The notes under the pieces are model-generated. The model was not told where the DNA came from. It made no database searches and was given only the letters and a program-made list of their open reading frames with translations. From a bacterium (GTDB taxonomy: Bacteria > UBA9089 > JASEIO01): a stretch of 59,542 bases of DNA. The translations under genes were made by a program, and so were the position numbers. The stretch is taken from positions 1-59,542 of the forward strand of contig JASEIO010000003.1 in the NCBI GenBank assembly GCA_030017475.1, given 5' to 3'. Shown here one piece after another: positions 47,197-56,100 of the stretch; position 1 is the stretch's first letter; each line of letters begins with the position of its first letter.

Positions 47197-50100
47197 ATGC
47201 TAAGAAAGACCTTTAATCTCTTCATTTTAAGTTCGTTGTTTATTCTATCTCCAATTATAGCATCAGGTTATCAATGGCCTGTTGATTCTTTCGATAAACA
47301 ACATCCAATCAATGCTACATTAGGAGAGTACAGATCTAAGTTTCATAACGGTGTAGATATAGGTAGGTTTCATAGAGGTGTAGATATAGGAGAACCTGAA
47401 AAAACCAATGTATATCCTGTTGTTAGTGGGACAGTAGCTAAGATAGTATATAGAGGAAAGAACTCTTATGTCACAGTTGAAGATGGAAATAGAAAGATTG
47501 ATTATGTCCATATAAATCCAAATCCATCAATACGAGTAAATCAGTCTGTAACAGCGGGTGAGACTGTTCTTGGTACAATAAATGATCTAAACCACCTCCA
47601 CTTTCAAGAAGATGAGGGGGCAGTAAACCCTCTTCGCCCTGGAGGACTTACTCCATTCACTGATAAGGGTGAACCAAAAGTTAAGAAAGTGGAAGTAGTG
47701 AAGGATAGTACTCCTGATGCTCCTGATGCTGGGAAACCATTTCCAACAGATAGTAATGGTATTCCTATTGTATCTGGTAATGTTGATATTAAAGTATGGG
47801 CCTATGATCCAAGGGTTAATGCAGATGGGACTCCTGGTGAAAGGGGTGGTATGGGGATATATAGAATTGGATATGAGGTCAGAAAAGAATCTGATGGTAC
47901 TCTTGTTGAAGGACCAACATATAGGATTCAATTCGATACCATCTCCTCTGATTATAAGGTGAAGTATGTTTATGATCCAAAATCAAGTTATATACCTGTT
48001 AATTTTATCTACTTGGCAACAAATTACCCTAATTCTAATGGCTACTGGAATACAGAAAGACTTGAAGACGGAAGGTATAAGGTTAAGAGTTTAGTGGAAG
48101 ATATTAAAGGCAGGAGTGCTGAGAAAGGGATCACAGTGATCATCGACCTCACCCCACCCAAGGTAAAGGAGAGCACCACTGGAAATAATGCTCAGGATGT
48201 TCCTTTAGATAGTACCATTGAGATTACCTTAGAAGACCCAAAGAAGAACGACTATTCCTCAGGGATTGATCCTAAGTCCCTAAAGCCAGAGGAATGTAAG
48301 ATTGATCCCAAAATCGATGGTACCTGGAAGATCAAGGGAGAAGGATTTATCTTTATTCCTAATGAACGCCTAAAAGAAGAGACCACCTACAAAGTCACCA
48401 TCCCCAAGGAGGCAGCTAAGGATAAGGCTGGTAATGAATTAGAGAGCCACATTTTCACATTCAAGAGTGGCTGGTTTGGGGCAAAGGCGTTAACGACATC
48501 TTATCAGAAAGTGTATCCTAGAGAAACTGTAACTCATGTTATTGCTATCAGCAACCATTTAGGAAAGAATGAGGATTTTGAGCTTGTTGTAAAAAATCCA
48601 TCAGGCATGGGGTGGTCCTGGGGCTTTGGTAGTCCTGGTGGAGGAGAACGGATAGAGGTTAATGCCCCATATGATCCATCGAATGATAAGTACAAAGATG
48701 ATGATGCTACAGTATGTTTTATGGCCAAGGCCCCTCGTGTACCATGTACGAGTGTCTTCACGGCTCAGATCTTTATTCAGATAAAGGATAAACCAGAGAC
48801 AGAAAGAGAAGTAGTATACCTTGGAGACATAACCCAGGGTGAACGCATTAATGACCATCCGGATGACAACTACGAGATCTCTGATCCACAGTATCCAACC
48901 AATATGTACATCTCCAGTAAGGCCGATGTTGCTATGTTGTTAAGGGGATACTCAGATGGCATGGGCCATCTACTCGGAAGATGGAAGATACCAGTTTCTC
49001 TCATCTTAGATGATCTTACCCCTATCTTTAGAGAGAAAAGAACCCTTTCAGATTACCCCGTACTGATCATACCTACCCTGGGCCTATCAGGCATCTCAAA
49101 CTCACCTACCACCAAGGCAAAACTTGAAGAATACGTCAAGAATGGAGGAACGATAATCTGTTTCACCCAGCAGCATGGGTATGACTTCGAGGCCCTGCCC
49201 AGGGGAGATGAACTCAAAGGGTATGGCTGGAGTGAAGATCAGTCATGCTGGCGTGGTTCGGTATCCATCTCTACCCCTCATCCAGTCTTTGCTGGTCAGG
49301 ATACCCAAATCCTTGACATAGTCACTGATGGCTACTTTGACAGATGGCCAGATGATTCGACTATTCTCTTGAGACGAACAAAGAATGATATGCCGGCTAT
49401 GCTGATGTATCCTTATGGAAAGGGAATAGTTATAGTTTCTGGCTTCTATGAGGACTGGGCCTATGGAAATTCCCAATCAACCAAGGATGGAAGAAATCTG
49501 GTAAGAGATCTTGTTACCTTTGCCAAAGATCCAGATAAGCATATCCCAGAGTATAGGGGTGAAGAAAAGATCAATGAGCAATTAACAATTAGAAATGATC
49601 AATTGACAATTGCAGAAAGAATAAAGGTTAGGGTGTATGATCCGGACAAAAACGAGCTTGTATCTTACAACCAAGAACTTACAACCCCATTAGAGGCCGG
49701 AGAGTCAATCACCATTCCATTTGACTATACTGCCCCTCAAAGCCTTGGTATCTATGAGGTAACCTATATCCTTCTTGATAGAGACGATGAGGAGATTCAG
49801 GAGGAAGAGGTAGGACTGAGGTTTGGGGTAAGTCTTGGCCTTGTGGGAGTGGCCAAGAAGGACCTTTCAATTAACATTACTTCAGATGGAGATGAAGTCA
49901 GAGTCAAAGGGACACCAGCCACCTTTACTATCACTGTGAGGAATAATAGTGATGAAATAAGGAAGGTTACCCTCAACTGGCATAGTCATGCAGGAGGGGG
50001 TTCGATTGGAACATATACTGTTTTACCTAAATCGAGCATCTCTATTCCTTACACCACGGACCGTATCTACTTTTACTGGCAGGGTCCAAGGTGGGAGTTC

Positions 50101-53100
50101 TACATATATTGTCCTGAGGCCGGCACTAGGTGGATTGGTTTAGCGGGAATATGTGTAGAACCTTTGGTTTATGTCTCTCTTTTAACTGATAAATATGAGT
50201 ATCAAAGGGGAGAGGATTTGGAATTGGATGTTTTGGTTAAAAATCTAATGTCAAATCCACAAAACGTCAATCTGAAGATCAATATAGTTGATCTGAATTG
50301 GGAAGATTGGAAGGAGGAGAGAACCCTTGAAGTGGATCTTGGCTCAGAAGAATCTGTAAGAGAGAAGCTTATATTCCAGGTTCCAGAATACCTCTATGGG
50401 GGGATATATAAGGTTAAGGCAGAGGCCTATGTAGATCAAGTACTTCTATATGAGGCTATGACCACCTTCAAGGTTACACCCTTATTGCTAAGCCTTGAGT
50501 CGAAAATCAAAGAAGCTTATGCTTGGGGTAATGATGCAAACCTCGATTTTATTATTAAGAATGATGGAGATATAGACAGGGAGGTTACCCTGAGTGGTTT
50601 CTTCTCTTGTTATTATCAACCATTTGAGAAAACTCTATTTATCCCGGCCGGTGGCGAGGTATCTTACACCCATATTATAGAAACAGTTTGGTGTGGATCA
50701 ACACTCACTGCCTCTCTTTATACTGAGAAGGGAGTAAAGATTGAACAAATAGATAAGTGGTTTGATGTTTATAAAGTGGTTCCAAGGAGTACTCTCTCCA
50801 CAAACAAAAAGAGGTATCTTCGTGGAGAGGAGGTAAAGATTACCTTGGACATTCAAGATAGTCATAAGATTGACTATCCGGCCCGGGTGAAGGTTGTTAT
50901 GGGTAATGGGTTATGGGTTATAGGTGATGAGGAAGTAGAGATCATCGATGGGAAGGCAACCAAGGAATTTACATACATCATTCCAAAGGATGCTGAGAGG
51001 GGATACTATAATATAAAGGCTTATGTCTACTATCAGGAGGAAATGATAGGTTATGGTACTACTTCCTTTTATGTTCTAAAGCCTAAACTTGCGGTTAAGC
51101 CGAGTCTACCAGATGTCTTCACAGTTAAGGGTTCACAGTTGACGGTTGCCAGTGGAGAAAGGGTAAATCCTGTGGATTTTGAAATAGAGAATGTAGGTCC
51201 TATTGATGTGATAGATGGGAAATTAGAAGTAAGTTTAGAGTGTAGAGTTGAGAGTTTAGAGGAAGGAGAAGATGGGGCAGGGAGCAGGGGGCAGGAGGAA
51301 GAGGGAGAAGAGGTGTGGAGGGATGAGAGGGAGTTTGGGAAACTGAAGGCAGGATATGGAGAGGAGCAAGGAGAGAAGACTACCCTTGAGTTTGATATTC
51401 CTATTGAAGAGGTCAGGTTTGGGACTTATGTGCTTAAATATGTCTTGAAATATGAGACTGAAGAGATAAAGGGGGAAGAAGAGATAGTTTCAAAGGTTAC
51501 CATCAAGGAGTTTAAGCTTGACAAAACCTCATACAAGGTTAGAGATGAAATGAAAATAGAGCTTGAGGTGATTAACGCCGGAGGATTCGAAGAGAGATTT
51601 AAGGTAGGGCTAACATCCGCAAGTCTTAAGCCAATAGCCCTTGAGGACCAGGAACTTATCTTACTGCCAGGTGAGAGCAAGATACTGAATTATGCGACCA
51701 CCATAATAGAGGATATAGAACCTGGGGTGCATGAAGTAGAAGTAGTTATAAGTCATCAGGGGAGTGGAAGTCTTGGAGATGGCTCATCCAATCAAGGGAG
51801 TGGAAGTTTGGGAGAAGATGAGATAATAAAGAAGTTTAGTTTTGTGGTATCGGCTTCACGATTAGAGGCCTATCTGGATAAGAAGTATTACTCTTGTGGA
51901 AAGGGTGGGAGTATTAAGATTACCAACGCAGGTGGGGTGGATACGAACTACTCCTACAATCTCAGGTTGGTAGATTGGAATGGACTTGTTTTCTTTGAGG
52001 AAGCTGGAAGTGGTAGCATAAAAGCAGGTGATGGGTTATTGGTGATGGATGGTGGGAAAATAGGGTTTATGATACCGGAGCAGTTGGTGAGTGGTGGGTA
52101 CAATCTTATGTTGGAGCTTAAGGATGAAAAGAAGAATGAAGGGATAAAGAGATTGTTTTACATCAATGTAAATGGTTTACAGGCCAGGGTTACTCCAAAG
52201 ACAGAGGAGAAGATCTACTTCTATGGGGACCAGGTCAATGCCTCTACGCTGATTGAGAAATTGGGCCTTCCCATAAATGGGGCAAGCCTCAAGATAAGGG
52301 CCTATGCCTCTGGGGGTGAGTGGACCCACTATCCAGACATCAGGGATGTCAATGCCATTGTGGCAGATGGGGACTATGTCTTGTTTGGAACAGCTGGTTA
52401 TGGGGTAAGAAGATATAACAAGAAGAATGATACATGGGATCTCTTTGATACTTCAAACTCAGGGCTCTTGGATGATAATGTTCTCTTAATTGGGGTCGAT
52501 ACCCACTATCTCTGGTTTGTCACATCAAGAGGGGTCTCAAGGTGTGATAAGACTATGAATAATTGGGAGAACTTCACCAAGGAAGAGATAGGACTAAGCT
52601 TCTTCGACTCTATCCAAAGCATAGCCATAGATAATGACTACGTATGGTTTGGTGGTGACTATCCTGGACTGATCAGATATAGTAAGGGTAATGGAGAATG
52701 GATGCACTGGAGCCTGGATGAGATTGGAGATAAGATAGGGATAGAGGGCCTGATTATAAATAGCATGGTCGTTGATGATGGAATCCTCTATATGGGTACT
52801 AGTGAATGGTGTGGCTCTCAGGACTATCTTATCAAGTTAGAGACAGAAACCGAGACCTTGAGTGTTATAAAAGAGATGAGTGTCCTTGCCCTCTCTCAGG
52901 ACTCTGACTGCCTCTGGATTGGATGGAATAATATCTTAACCGGATACAATAAGCAGACCGGTGAATTCAAGGACTATGAGATCCCCTATTCCCCAGAATA
53001 TTATTGGGATGGAGTAAGTGATGGGACAATCTCTGTAGCCTCTCTTTGTGTGGATGAATATAAGGTCTACTTAGGCTCAGATAAGGGAGGGGTCTATATC

Positions 53101-56100
53101 TTTGATAAAGAGAGAAAAACCTGGGAGGAGCTTGTCTCTGAGATTGGTAGTCCACAAAGTGTCTTGGCCATAGCAGCAGATGAAGACTATGTCTGGTTTG
53201 CCGGAAGAGATACGTTGACACGCTTTGATCGGGGTTATCGCTTCCAGGGGGAAAAGGTCAGCTATGGTGAGTGCATATCTATGATCGATGCCGGAGACCG
53301 GCTCATAATCCTTCCCTATGATACTTCAAGACTCATCTTCTATGACAAGGCTACCGGTTATACAGAAGAGATTAACATCCCATTAGGCACTCATTCCTCT
53401 GAGTCATCGATGGCCCTTGATGGGGACTGCGTCTGGATAGTCGGGAAGCATAACGATGTTATCTTACGGTATGATATGACAAATGATCACTTTGATGAGT
53501 GGATGCTCAATTGGTTGGTTGATGATGTCTTTGCCCTGGATGGTGACTATGTCTGGTTCAGACTTGAAGGAGGTAAAGGCATCCAGGCCATAAGGTATGA
53601 CAAGATAAATGATGACCTAAGGCTCTACAAGGACGTTCCTGACTACTTAGACTTCAAAAAGAGATACTACTATGATAAGGAGCTTGGAGATTGGGTAGAC
53701 TCGCACCTTGAGATAAACAAGGTCTATCCCGAGCTAAGTGATCTATACAAGTATATAGAAAAGTTTATAGATGAATTCGAGTATCTTAAGAACGTGGCCG
53801 TTTGTGGGGATTATGTCTGGTTTAGTGGAGGTAGTGGTCTAATCAGATATGATAAGGCCGCTGATTCATGGAGATACTTTGATCTTGACATTGAGACTGG
53901 CAAGATATGGGCAAATGATGGAGTCATCTATATCGATTGTAATGGCCTCTACAGGTATGATCCAACAACTACAGAACTCTCTAAACTCTTAAATCTAAGT
54001 AGTGAAGTAACCTTCCTCCTCTTTGATGATAAAGACCTCTGGCTTGGAACGAATGGAGAGGGATTGTGGCACTATGAAGGCGGTTCATGGACTCAGTTTA
54101 CCGAGGAGAATACTGATGGTGGACTGTTGAGCAATCGTCTTTTTGCCGGCTGCCTCGATGGAAGCTACATCTGGTTGGACTGTGGTACCATAACACGATA
54201 CGATAAGGCCGCTGGTGAGTGGAAGAGTTATAGGGAAGACTGGTTTGATAGTATCACTTCCATCTTAGCCGATCAAGTATTCCTATGGATTGGTGGAAGA
54301 GGAGGATTATTCAAGATGAAGAAGGTAGGAGAGATACTCTTTGATGAGACTATCCAGGTTAATGTGGGGAGTGATGTTACCACAAACCATCTTTTAGGGA
54401 TCTTAGATACTTTAGGTAAGGTCTACATAGATGCGGTGCTTACATCATCCAAGGGTCAATTAATTGACCATGGTCAGAATACATTCTACATCATCAATAC
54501 CTCAACCTCTCTTTCATTTGAGACAGATAAGCCCATCTATAAACCGTACGAGACAGTCACCATAACAGGTAAGATCCATAATGCCGCCCAGATACCCACC
54601 AATCCCTTGAAACTCAAGTTGAGAAAGAAGGATAAAGAGGTCATCTATCAGGAGGAGAATATCGTTCTCCAGCCATATGAAACAAGGCAGTTTACCACCA
54701 CAACCACGGCAGATAAGTCATTTGTCTTAGAGGGATCGATCGGTGATCTTAAGCTAACCGACTTTGTGGAGGTAGCAAAACCAGAGCTTGAAGTGACGAT
54801 AGATGCACAAGAGGTGGTTTCAAGAGATGAGTTTACTCCCTTGATCATTCTTAAGAATACGGGGAAGGTGGAATTGCAAATTGAAAATTGCATATTGAAG
54901 ATTGCAAAGGCTGAGGATGGAGAAGAATTAACTGTCTACTGTCTATTGTCTACTGTATACTGCCTAAGGCCTGGTGAAACAAAGATATTTGAGCAACCAC
55001 TTCAAATCCATGAGGATGTTATCCTGAGTGTAGAGGTGAGTGGGGATGTAAGAAAGACCGTAGCCAAACAGATAGGGTTTGGGGAGAAGGTAACCATTGG
55101 GGTTACACCCGAGGAGATCTATCCTATCGGGATTATAGAGGTGCCATTTGTCATCACTAACGGTGGGAGCCTGGATTCAAAGCTTGAGGTTGTCTTTGTT
55201 CTGGAGAAGACTGAAAAGGAAAATGGAGCAGGGAGCAGGGAACAGGAGGCAGATGGCAGAGGAGAGAGTGTATCGGGCAGGAGTCAGAAGGTAGAAAGGG
55301 TGATTGGTGGGAAGATGGTTTATGGTCCATGGTTGATAGTCCATGGCCAGAAGGAAGGATATAACAGAGAAAGGAGAATGATCAGGGAGCAGTTGCAAGG
55401 ATTGTGTTGGATAATACCACAGATAAGGATCAGTAAGCAGCAGGAAGAGGGAAGCAGGCAGAGGGAAAAGGAGAAGGAAGCGCAGAGTGTTACTACCAAC
55501 CAGTTAACATCTACCAGTTACCAGTTAAGCAGTTACAAAGACAGCGTGGAGTTGGTAAAGACCTTCTATATACCGGCTGGTGAGAAGATAGCGGGGGATC
55601 TTGTCTTTAATCTGAATGAGGGAGACTATAAGCTCTTGTTTACCTCAGAACTTTCCTCTGGCGCAACATACTTCAAGGTTGCAAAAGACGGTATAGTAGA
55701 AATAAATAAGTTAGAAGTGGGAAGTGGGAAGTTAGAGGCTAATAAACTGCCTACAGATGTTATGGTTAAGAATCTTGGAGGAAATAACTTTGTTGGGGTC
55801 CTGAGGCTTGATGCGGGATTTTATGAAGAAGAAAGCCAGATAGAATTAGAGAGTGCCCAGGAAGAGACTTACAGATTCGGAATTCCCCTTGAGGCAAGTT
55901 CCGGGGAGTACACAGCCAGGGCAGAGGTTCTACATGACGGCTGGGTGATAGCCGAGAAGGAACAGAGGTTTAAACTGGAGCCTTGGTTTGAAATAACCGG
56001 AATCTGGGGGAAGTCTGGTGAGGCAGGTGGTAGTGGGATTAGTTTTGATGTAGGAGAGGAAGGGAGATTTAAATTTGCTGTAAAGAATACGGGAACGGCA

